From Candidatus Heimdallarchaeota archaeon (GTDB taxonomy: Archaea; Asgardarchaeota; Heimdallarchaeia; JABLTI01), in contig JAHLVW010000061.1 of NCBI GenBank assembly GCA_019058275.1, forward strand, positions 1-64,000: a DNA stretch of 64,000 nt. Reading direction: 5' to 3'. Numbering within the stretch: the stretch's first letter is position 1; each line of letters begins with the position of its first letter. The notes under the pieces were generated by a model. The model was given only the letters and a program-made list of their open reading frames with translations, searched no databases and had not been told where the DNA came from. The position numbers and the translations under genes are program-made. Shown here in pieces: positions 20,669 to 29,360 of this stretch.

Positions 20669-21658
20669 TTGAAGAAAGAGAAATTTATCTCAGTAATTTT
20701 TGTTTTAATCATAAGTTTTGGAATAAATATTCATTTATGTAATTCAGATAATAATTCCATTCAGGAATATAGAGTTGTTAAATTAAATATTAGTAAAACA
20801 ATCCTAGGTCTTGAAGAACATAATCCAATACTAATAGATTCAAATGATGATTTTGAGACACTTAATTTTACTGGAGAAAGAACTGAACTCGAACCATACA
20901 TTATAGCTAATTTGTATATTAATGCATCTGGAACAACTAATGGAATAGAAATACATAATACAGGCGTGCATTTTGAAATTAGGAATTGTACGATTGAAAC
21001 AGATTACATAGGTATTCTATTAAGTGCTGTAGCAGCGAGCACATCAAAAATTATTGATAATTTTTGCGTATCAAAATCGGGAGATGGAGGAGGTATTGGA
21101 TTATCAGGAACATATGGATGCAATATAACTGATAATGAATGTGCCTATTTTATGCAAGGAATTCATCTAAATAATGCTCATAATAATATCATAACAAACA
21201 ATATCATCCCAGTTAGCAATTATCAAGGTATTAACATTCGATATTCAAATTACAATGAAATAACATACAATAGAATTCAGTATTCACAACAACATGGACT
21301 TGCATTTGTAGGAACAGCACATGATAACATTATTCATCATAATACATTTATCAATAATTCATTAGTTGATGAGTATTTGATTGATGGTGAAAGATCTGGA
21401 GCAATAGGCAGTCAAGGATACGATGAAGGATCAAATAATATCTGGTATGATGAAGATGGAAAGTATGGAAATAGTTGGTCAGATTACAATGGAAGAGGAT
21501 CTTATTCAATAGACGGACCTGCAGATGCTAAAGACAGTTATCCTTTAGAATTGACTTACACTGAAGGTTCTCCAATATCAATAGTAACAATACTAACTTC
21601 TATAGTAGCAATTAGTATCTACTATCTAATACATAGGGAAAAAAAATCTAAATACTAG
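20669..21658 (+). CDS. Surface beta-helix (NosD/CASH-like) protein with C-terminal TM
   Basis: Signal peptide, GI.L...N.I..N repeats, GNSWSDY...D.YPL, TM plus REKKSK tail. Confidence 0.82.
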   Translation: MKKEKFISVIFVLIISFGINIHLCNSDNNSIQEYRVVKLNISKTILGLEEHNPILIDSNDDFETLNFTGERTELEPYIIANLYINASGTTNGIEIHNTGVHFEIRNCTIETDYIGILLSAVAASTSKIIDNFCVSKSGDGGGIGLSGTYGCNITDNECAYFMQGIHLNNAHNNIITNNIIPVSNYQGINIRYSNYNEITYNRIQYSQQHGLAFVGTAHDNIIHHNTFINNSLVDEYLIDGERSGAIGSQGYDEGSNNIWYDEDGKYGNSWSDYNGRGSYSIDGPADAKDSYPLELTYTEGSPISIVTILTSIVAISIYYLIHREKKSKY

Positions 21659-21695
21659 CCTATTTTCGGCTAGTGACTTTCTCTTTATTCTAATG

Positions 21696-21842
21696 TTAAT
21701 TTAAAAATCCTATATCCACATGATTAATGATAGCTAATGTTAAAGCAGTTAAAGCTACAAGTAGTGCAGCAAATGCTACCCATTTAACTAGTTTCATATC
21801 CTTATTTACATCAGAAGTTTGTTCCTCATTCAAATTAGACAC
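21696..21842 (-). CDS. Small single-TM protein (48 aa), below ORF-track cutoff
   Basis: GTG start after GGAG; MSNLNEEQTSDVNKDMKLVKWVAFAALLVALTALTLAIINHVDIGFLN. Confidence 0.6.
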   Translation of the reverse strand: MSNLNEEQTSDVNKDMKLVKWVAFAALLVALTALTLAIINHVDIGFLN

Positions 21843-22105
21843 CTAAACTCCAATTCCTTGGATAATAATAATTCTATTTTCTTAAATTTAAATATACTTT
21901 AATGATTGAATGTATTTGCTTACAAGTTTTTTATTAAGTGTAAGATTGAAATTTAGTATTTACTAACTAGTTCTTTTAGAGAATAGGTTAGTAATAAAAA
22001 GAAGAAGCTATTGATATTTGTTATAGTTCTTTTTTACTAGACCAACTAATTAGCTTTTAAAGAAATTTATTAATTCAAAAGACTAGTACAAATAAATAGA
22101 GTACT

Positions 22106-22591
22106 TTGAAAGTAGTTGTAATTTATTATTCAAAAACTGGAAATACTAAGAGTATAGCAGAAGTAATTGCTAAAAGAAGTAAAGCAAAAATCCAACCAAT
22201 TAACTTAGTTGAGAAAAAAGGGAGAGGAACAGAAGAGGAGAGACAAAAAGAAGTAGAACTTTTCGAATTAGCTCTAAACGAAGGCAAATATGCTGATCTT
22301 TTGTTTATTGGAACATCTACAAGTTTCAAAAAAGCGCAGTCCAAAATCCGTCGATTTGTAAAATTGGTTGAAACGAAAAGAATAGCATTGTTTTGCACTT
22401 ATACGAAAGATTTAGGAATTACATTAACAGAATTAGAAGATATTTTGATTGAAAGAAATATAGAAGTTATCGGGAAACAGGAATTTGGAGGACTAAAAAC
22501 AGGACAATATAAGGAATTAATTAATGAGGAAAAAGAGAAGTACATTGAAAAAGCAGAAAGATTTGCTGAATTTTGTCTTAAGAAAATATAG
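22106..22591 (+). CDS. Flavodoxin-like protein
   Basis: YYSKTGNTKSIA, IALFCT. Confidence 0.85.
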   Translation: MKVVVIYYSKTGNTKSIAEVIAKRSKAKIQPINLVEKKGRGTEEERQKEVELFELALNEGKYADLLFIGTSTSFKKAQSKIRRFVKLVETKRIALFCTYTKDLGITLTELEDILIERNIEVIGKQEFGGLKTGQYKELINEEKEKYIEKAERFAEFCLKKI

Positions 22592-22661
22592 AAAGTAAAT
22601 AAAACTTGATTTTTAATCTGAGTTTTGATTTTATAAAATCTAAGTAATCCATATTAGATTC

Positions 22662-22679
22662 AAAAGAAAAATTTAAAAT
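22662..22679 (+). promoter_or_regulatory. Probable BRE/TATA promoter of tRNA-Gln
   Basis: Purine run followed by TTTAAAAT ~30 nt upstream of the mature tRNA. Confidence 0.4.
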
Positions 22680-22707
22680 CAAGGTATAAACAATAAAACT
22701 AAAACAT

Positions 22708-22817
22708 AGACCCGTAGTCTAGCGGCCCAGGATAGGGGACTTTGAAAGAAGTCCCGATGCCTTGTTGGGGTTTCCAATAATCCCTTGACCAGAGTTCAAA
22801 TCTCTGCGGGTCTACCA
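22708..22817 (+). tRNA. tRNA-Gln(UUG) with 34-nt intron at 37/38 (22746-22779); CCA encoded
   Basis: Acceptor AGACCCG/CGGGTCT+A+CCA; D arm GTCT/GGAT; anticodon stem GGGGA/TCCCT with CT-TTG-A; T arm CAGAG-TTCAAAT-CTCTG. Confidence 0.9.
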
Positions 22818-22902
22818 TTTTATTCCATTTTTCTGTTATAATTGGGAATGCTAAAGCAAGTCTTTGTAATAATTCCGAGCTTCTAACGAAATCTTTGGAT
22901 TT

Positions 22903-24966
22903 TCAGCTAATTATTGCTGTTACAGGCATATGATCAGATGAATGTGCATCTCTTACTACTCTACAATCGATTAATGCAATATCAGATGAAACAAAGATTA
23001 AATCAATTCGATTAGTTGGATTTTGCCAATTGTTTGTATAACCATTGTAACCTTGATCATCAATTCCTGTTGGCCAAACAGCAAACCAAGCATCATACAA
23101 AACAGTAGTAGTTAAATTGTATTGTTCTGTCCAAGGTATAAAATTAAAATCTCCTAGTAGAATAGTATTGTTTTTGTCTGTTGTTAATTCAACAATTTTT
23201 TCTGCTTGCTTTAATTTATCATTTTCATCTTCACCAAAATGTGTAACAAAAACATTGTAAGTTATTGTTTCTATTGTTATTTGAGCTTCTATTGTTGCTG
23301 TTTGTTCTCCATCGCTAAACATATAATGTGTCACAGCATTTTCGATTGGATATTTTGATAACAAAGCAATTCCAAAAGTTCCCGTTACTGTTTTTGGTCC
23401 GAAATATGAATATAAATGTAATTTGTTTGCTAGAAATCTGACTATATCTCCATTTCCACTCGAGATTCTGCATGTGTCTGATTCCTGTAATCCAATTATA
23501 TCAGCATCAATTCCTCTCAAATCAGCCAAAATTCCATCGAAGTTTAAGGTTCCATAAATGTCAAAACCTTGTTGTATATTGAAAGTTACAACTTTTAATG
23601 AAGTTGGTATTCCCTGTGGTTCTTGTGGGAATGGCAAAGTAGCAATTGTACTAACAATTGTTCCAATGAAAATAATGCTAACAATTGAAACTAAGATCTT
23701 TTTCCTTATTTTTGATGGAGAAAATGAAACAGTAAAACTGATCGATTCTTTCTTTACAATTAAAACAGGTAACACTGCTGCCAATGCAACTATCATCATA
23801 ACAAACCAATGTTTATCTCTGAAGAATGGTCCAACAATTGGGATGTAATCATAAGCTATTGTGAAGATATAACTGAAGATTGTTATTATGAAGAAGAATA
23901 CACCTATTGAGAAACTCCCACCAATTTTTCTTATTGTTGGTTTACTCTTAATTAATTCTCGAGTAAGTAGAGTGAAATCAATCAGAATAATAGGTGAAAG
24001 AATAATCATTACATATAGGAGCATTTGCTTAATGACAGTAAATTGTGGTTGATAAACTACAAACATTATTGTATAGGTAATTACAAATAATCCATTCCAT
24101 AACCATAGAATCCAAGGTTTTAAACTACCAATCAATTGTGGTTTAACTATTGCTAAAATTGTAAAAGTAGAAAACATTATGATTAGCAAAGTAACTATTG
24201 CGATATAATTCCCTTCAACTGATCTTGAAATAATAGATGGACTACTAAATGTAAAATAAAGCAATACTAGAATACAGATTATCCCAAATGATAATCCAAG
24301 AATTTTACCAAATCCTCCATTTTTATTCTTAGTTTCAATTACCTCATTTGTAGATTTACTTTCATTCAAATTACTTTCTTCCGAAACTGCATCAGAAACT
24401 ACTAACTCAGATTTAGCAGTAAAAAGAAATCCAATAAGCATAAATGTAGCAATTATTCCAAATATCCAACCAAAAATTTGAAACCACCTATAAGTGGTTA
24501 TATCTAAGGTTGAACCAATAGCTCTAAAGAGAATTGATAAGATTAAACCAATAGCTGATCCGATTCCAAGGTTCAGAGCTTTCCTCTCAAGTTTATTTTC
24601 TTCAGAGTTATTTCCCTTAACTAAATAGGATGGAAGTAGTATCAAAAAAGATCCAACACCAATACCAGCTATTATTGCTTTTAATGCAGCGATATTAATG
24701 AATACCTCAATCAATCTACAGATGATCATTAATTCTGCAAAAACTACCCATATAAGATTGGAGAAGTTCTTGAAAAACAAAAGAACAATTGGTGTAAGTA
24801 AAAATAAAATAATCAATACATAAGCATTTAACGACACTGTTAATAAGTTCAAAGCAAAAATAGAACCAACTAAATCAGTGATCAACTCAAAAAAGAATAG
24901 AAATATTATGCTCAGCAAAATAACTTCTGAGTAATTCTTCTTAAAAGAAGATTTTAAAGCAATCAT
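22903..24966 (-). CDS. Polytopic membrane protein with C-terminal endonuclease/exonuclease/phosphatase domain (CWH43/PGAP2IP-like)
   Basis: ~13 TM helices, then TFNI, GLQESD, ALLSKYPI, GDFN, RIDLIF, SDH. Confidence 0.85.
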   Translation of the reverse strand: MIALKSSFKKNYSEVILLSIIFLFFFELITDLVGSIFALNLLTVSLNAYVLIILFLLTPIVLLFFKNFSNLIWVVFAELMIICRLIEVFINIAALKAIIAGIGVGSFLILLPSYLVKGNNSEENKLERKALNLGIGSAIGLILSILFRAIGSTLDITTYRWFQIFGWIFGIIATFMLIGFLFTAKSELVVSDAVSEESNLNESKSTNEVIETKNKNGGFGKILGLSFGIICILVLLYFTFSSPSIISRSVEGNYIAIVTLLIIMFSTFTILAIVKPQLIGSLKPWILWLWNGLFVITYTIMFVVYQPQFTVIKQMLLYVMIILSPIILIDFTLLTRELIKSKPTIRKIGGSFSIGVFFFIITIFSYIFTIAYDYIPIVGPFFRDKHWFVMMIVALAAVLPVLIVKKESISFTVSFSPSKIRKKILVSIVSIIFIGTIVSTIATLPFPQEPQGIPTSLKVVTFNIQQGFDIYGTLNFDGILADLRGIDADIIGLQESDTCRISSGNGDIVRFLANKLHLYSYFGPKTVTGTFGIALLSKYPIENAVTHYMFSDGEQTATIEAQITIETITYNVFVTHFGEDENDKLKQAEKIVELTTDKNNTILLGDFNFIPWTEQYNLTTTVLYDAWFAVWPTGIDDQGYNGYTNNWQNPTNRIDLIFVSSDIALIDCRVVRDAHSSDHMPVTAIIS

Positions 24967-25104
24967 TTCAATCTCCTGTTTATATCAATTTTATAATCTT
25001 CTTCTATAAAATTAGTTTTTTGCTATTAAAATAGCTTTTAGAGCAACATTATATTTCTTGTAAAAGCAATTTATAAAGAAAGATTTGAATTTAAAATAAA
25101 AATC

Positions 25105-25126
25105 AATGCAGGATTGCTCCTGCATT
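25105..25126. terminator. Stem-loop downstream of 25155-25547
   Basis: AATGCAGGA-TTGC-TCCTGCATT. Confidence 0.55.
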
Positions 25127-25154
25127 TAGCTTCTAATTAATACTCCAAAACAAA

Positions 25155-25547
25155 TTACTTCTCTTTATACTTAGCAGCTTCATTTTTAAACCATTTAACA
25201 ACTGAATCAGGTATTTTGAAATCCACTTCTTCTTTCTTTTCTTCTTCTTTTTGAAACCATTTAATTATAGTGTCGGGCATTTTGAACTCTTTCTTTTCTT
25301 CCTCTTCTTTCTCTTTCTTAGAGACTTGACTAAGACTAATTAGAACCAAAATCCCAAGTATAATATTAAAGACTAATAGTGTGGGAGTTGCTAGAAGAAT
25401 TATTGTTGTCTTATCACTGACTAATGACGCAGCATCACCCCAGGTTACTAGACCCCAGATGACAAAAGTGTCATATGCACCTTGAATTGCAAAAAGAAAT
25501 AGAAAACCAATAAATTTAGATAATCTGTTCATTGTAAAACCAACCAT
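25155..25547 (-). CDS. Two-TM protein with duplicated C-terminal motif
   Basis: FKMPDTIIKWFQKE / FKIPDSVVKWFKNE. Confidence 0.75.
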   Translation of the reverse strand: MVGFTMNRLSKFIGFLFLFAIQGAYDTFVIWGLVTWGDAASLVSDKTTIILLATPTLLVFNIILGILVLISLSQVSKKEKEEEEKKEFKMPDTIIKWFQKEEEKKEEVDFKIPDSVVKWFKNEAAKYKEK

Positions 25548-25837
25548 ATATAAGTTAATTATGATTTTCTCTTTGAATTATATAGGATTTTCTCTTTACT
25601 TTATTTAGGTTTCACAAAATACTTTGCTAATTCTTTTCCTTTTTACTAGTCATTGTTTTGAAAGAAAGATTTTTCATATAAAAACTTGCATCTATTTTTG
25701 AAGAGTGTTATTTTGTCTTTCGATTATAAGAAGCATCTTGATAAAGTTAATCAACACATTATCCATTGAAATTTCAAAGAAGTTTTAAACGTAATTGAAA
25801 AGAATATCGAGAAATAAAATATTAATAGTGGACAACA

Positions 25838-26374
25838 ATGAGTCAAGAAAAGTGTGAATTTTGTAATAGTGAATTAGTTACTGTAAAAGGTGAATTAATT
25901 TGCACTACTTGTGGGCTTGTTAATAAACAGGCTATTGATAATAAGGAGAAATTTATTTCACCAAGCTTTTTTCAAGAAAGAAAACTAAAACAAGAAAGAG
26001 TTAATGATCAACGAAAGTTTACAATCAATCACATGCGTAAAGAAATGGCTTATATAGCCAACTATCTTGATTTATCAAATGCTGTACAAAATCAAGCCTA
26101 TTTGATAATTCTTGATATTCTAAAGAGAGAACGAAAAATAGCTCCCAATTTCCCTTGGCATATAAACACTCAAAATTCAGATTTTAATTGTCTTATAGCT
26201 CTAAGTATTCTAGTAGCAATAAAAAAAGTTGTAGGTGAATTTAAGCAAATAGCTGGTATATTGGAATTTTATAGAACTAGAGGGGAAGAATTGTCATTAA
26301 ATGATATAAAGACCTTTTCTAATAATTTGTTTTCTAAATATGATTATCTAGATGGTTTATTGAGCTTAGAATAA
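25838..26374 (+). CDS. Truncated TFB/TFIIB-like protein (Zn ribbon plus one cyclin-like repeat)
   Basis: CEFC...GELICTTCGLV; IANYLDLSNAVQNQAYLI resembles TFB core repeat 1. Confidence 0.65.
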   Translation: MSQEKCEFCNSELVTVKGELICTTCGLVNKQAIDNKEKFISPSFFQERKLKQERVNDQRKFTINHMRKEMAYIANYLDLSNAVQNQAYLIILDILKRERKIAPNFPWHINTQNSDFNCLIALSILVAIKKVVGEFKQIAGILEFYRTRGEELSLNDIKTFSNNLFSKYDYLDGLLSLE

Positions 26375-26467
26375 TCCAAACCATTAATCTATAATTCACC
26401 ATCCAACAAATATTTTAGGAAAACACATTAGATTGTTATTTAGATATTTTAGCAATTAGCTTTAGAA

Positions 26468-27184
26468 TTATTCTGTTGTTAATTTTGCTAATTGTTCTTT
26501 CACTATATCTTCAATCTTCTCAATTGGAGCCATAACAAAGAGACATTCTTTATCACCTTTTGCTCTACATGTTATCTCCCTTGCATTTAATTCAATGCCA
26601 AAACTTTCGCTACACCAGCCAGATGAGTATCCAGCATTCATTATACAGACAGGAATACTCGAGATATTTCCCCTTGATAGAATATATGAGTCAGCTTCAA
26701 AAGATTGAGGATGAGTTTACATTAGGAAATAATTCACATCTGGAGTTGGATTAGATTCAGGTTTTATATCTACGTTTGCCCAACCAGTATAAGCAAAATG
26801 AATTGGTCCTGCAGATAGCTTATTAATTGGATCATCAAAACCCATTGAAAGATGGAATTTTTTAGCATCTGATTTTCCTAATGATTTTGCCATTTGATAG
26901 ATAAGCTTAACAGCTAATGGATTATTTATTCCACCATCTAAATCTAGCTGAGAAACTAATGATTCAGGAAATCCAAACCTCATTGAAGAAGCTCGCACCA
27001 GAATATATCTTTCTCCTCCAATCAGAATTCTACCAGTTTTTGGATCCCATTCAAGTGTATCAAAAAACTTTGCTACTTTTTTTTCAGCTTCAATGAATTG
27101 TTCCTTGAATTCATCTGGAACTTTAACTGTTTCTAATTCCTTGAATTTTTTGATTTTCTTTTTCTTATTAGAAATTCTCTTCAA
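26468..27184 (-). pseudogene. XylR_N/V4R-domain protein with one in-frame TAA
   Basis: Reading through TAA 26719-26717 gives THPQSFE...VCIMNAGYSSGWCSESFG...EITCRAKGDKECLF, ending at TAA 26468. Confidence 0.85.
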
Positions 27185-27897
27185 TTCTCTGAAACCTCAA
27201 AAAAATCATTATATGGTGTTTTTAAAGAGCCTAGTTTTTCTTTTAATGTACTTAAATTGACTTCAGGTTCTTTATAACCTAATGTATTTAATTTAAAATC
27301 CAAATAAACTGTGAATTGATGTGGACAAACATCACCCTTGAAAATCTTATGTTCAATAATATTCAATTTAGAGTATTTCTCATTTATTGATATCAGGTTT
27401 TTATTAGAGCAAATTGGACAAGTAATAGTTGCTTTGTTTTTTAAGTGAGGGCTTTCAATAAGACCTAATCTTATTGATTCTTTTACTAATTGATCTAATT
27501 TTTCTAGAAATTCAGGAGTGAATTCATCTGATATATAATGCATTTTAACAATATCACTTAGATTTCTCAAAGTTTCTGATAGATATGAAGCATTATCATA
27601 AATCCACTTTCGTTTTTCTCTTTCGAATATTGTTGATATTGTAAATCGCTTTTCTTTACCTCGAACATCTTCTTTGGGTATTTTAAAAAATAGTGTAAAA
27701 GTAATGAGATTTTCTTCTTGGAGTGGTATAATTGATTCATCTGTTGATTCATATGTTATTTCTGAATCTATATAAGATAATGAACCAACCATTACTTTCA
27801 TAACAACTCTACTAGCTAGTTTAGGATCGATTCCTTTTTGATAAATTACTTTTGGACCTATTTTATCATCAAAAGTTCCTAAACAAATTCCGATAAT
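27181..27897 (-). CDS. Longin/uDENN-like domain protein with C-terminal Zn finger
   Basis: Frame is open upstream of ATG 27801: IIGICLGTFDDKIGPKVIYQ (FDxxxGP). C-terminal CPIC...CPH. Start codon uncertain. Confidence 0.6.
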   Translation of the reverse strand: MIGICLGTFDDKIGPKVIYQKGIDPKLASRVVMKVMVGSLSYIDSEITYESTDESIIPLQEENLITFTLFFKIPKEDVRGKEKRFTISTIFEREKRKWIYDNASYLSETLRNLSDIVKMHYISDEFTPEFLEKLDQLVKESIRLGLIESPHLKNKATITCPICSNKNLISINEKYSKLNIIEHKIFKGDVCPHQFTVYLDFKLNTLGYKEPEVNLSTLKEKLGSLKTPYNDFFEVSEN

Positions 27898-28020
27898 TTC
27901 TATTTCCTCCTAAATTTACTGATGTGTGTTACTCGTTAATTAATGTAAAGTATTAAGGCAAACTATTTCTGCATGCAATAATCGCTAGTATAAAAGTGCA
28001 ACTATCAGTAAGAAGTTTCA

Positions 28021-28713
28021 CTATCCACGTTTTTTTATTCTAATGGAAGTTAATTCCTTAACTATGAAGTCAGGTTTTGCAGCTATTATTTTATCTAATT
28101 TACTTGTTCCTGTAAGTACTGCTATAGTTGTTGCTCCTGCAGTATTTCCAGCTTCTACATCACTAATACTATCACCAACATAAATACATTCAGAAGGTAA
28201 AATTTGTAACAGCTCAGCAGATTTGTAAATTATATCTGGAGCAGGTTTATGATTATCCACTTCATAACCTGATACAATTACATCAAAAAATTTGGTTATT
28301 TCAAAATGATCAGTTACTTCGATTATGAATCTTTTAAATTTCGTTGAAGCAATACCAATTTTCAAACCAGTTGCTTTTATTGACTCAAGAAGCTCTGTGA
28401 CTTTTGGGAATAATTCAGTAATTTGCAAGTGATTTTTAGCATAGATTTTTCTTATTTCTTTTACGTATTCCCAAATCTCCTCATTTGATTTCTCTATAAG
28501 CACTTCTCTGAAAAGCTCCTCTATTGGTTTACCAAATAAACTTTCTAGACTTTTTTTACTAAAATTATAACCTTTTGAATCTAGAAAATCCTTTACGATT
28601 GTAATTATGCCTTCTTGTGAATCTATTAATGTGCCATCAAGATCAAAAAGAAATGCTTTAGTAGATTTATTTTTGCAGAGTATATCTTCTAGAGTAACTG
28701 TATCATCAATCAT
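28021..28713 (-). CDS. HAD-superfamily hydrolase (phosphoglycolate phosphatase-like)
   Basis: FDLDGTLIDS, KPAP, YVGDSISD. Confidence 0.9.
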   Translation of the reverse strand: MIDDTVTLEDILCKNKSTKAFLFDLDGTLIDSQEGIITIVKDFLDSKGYNFSKKSLESLFGKPIEELFREVLIEKSNEEIWEYVKEIRKIYAKNHLQITELFPKVTELLESIKATGLKIGIASTKFKRFIIEVTDHFEITKFFDVIVSGYEVDNHKPAPDIIYKSAELLQILPSECIYVGDSISDVEAGNTAGATTIAVLTGTSKLDKIIAAKPDFIVKELTSIRIKKRG

Positions 28714-28907
28714 AAATTATCAGATATCTTTTATCCCTTAAAGGTTTAATGAAGAAAAAGGGATATTCGCTAGATTGGAAATTAATACTAAAAATAAAAC
28801 AATTTAATCTTTGAAATGAATTTTCTCGTTTTTGCAAGAGAGATTTTCTAGATTTTTATTGCAAGATTATATTTTTAAGCATTATATCATTATTAGTATG
28901 ATTTCTG

Positions 28908-29360
28908 ATGGATATTGGTATAATTTATTTTTCAGCAACAGGAAATACTGCAAAATTGGTCATGCAATATCCTATAAACTAAAAGATATGGGAATGAGTG
29001 TTTGCTTAATTGATATTACTCCTTTTAGAAACAGAAAAGAGAAAATCAATAATGAAAAATATGATGCTTTAATATTTGGATTTCCAGTTTGGGGTTCAAT
29101 AATCCAGCAATTTGTAGAGATTGGATAAAAACATTGGAAGGTAAAAACAAGCTGTGTAGCATGTACTTCACTTATGGCGGACCAACAATGGGTATTGCTC
29201 ATATCTAACAAAAAAGCTTCTAAATGAACAAGGATTTAGAGTTATTGCTACAGCAGAATTTCCTGGTAAACATTCCTATAATGTTACTAAGGGATTCAAT
29301 TTCTTAGAAGATCGTTCCCAACATAGAGGATCTTAAGTTTGCAGAAGAGTATGCAGTAAA
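28908..29360 (+). pseudogene. EFR1-type flavodoxin domain, multiply frameshifted and 3'-truncated
   Basis: MDIGIIYFSATGNTAK / LIFGFPVWG / YFTYGG / AEFPGKHSYN / P..EDLKFAEEYA spread across about four frameshifts. Confidence 0.82.

Noticed and set aside
22605-22683. Palindrome GATTTTATAAAATC and 9-bp inverted repeats upstream of the tRNA as an operator or MITE
   Set aside because: Almost pure A/T in an AT-rich genome, so expected by chance; no second copy found.
22817-24966. Integrative element at the tRNA 3' end
   Set aside because: No integrase and no duplicate of the tRNA 3' end seen in the window.
26560-26754. Plus-strand 64-aa ORF, and ORFs 28832/28972
   Set aside because: These are shadows or fragments of the disrupted V4R gene and the flavodoxin pseudogene.
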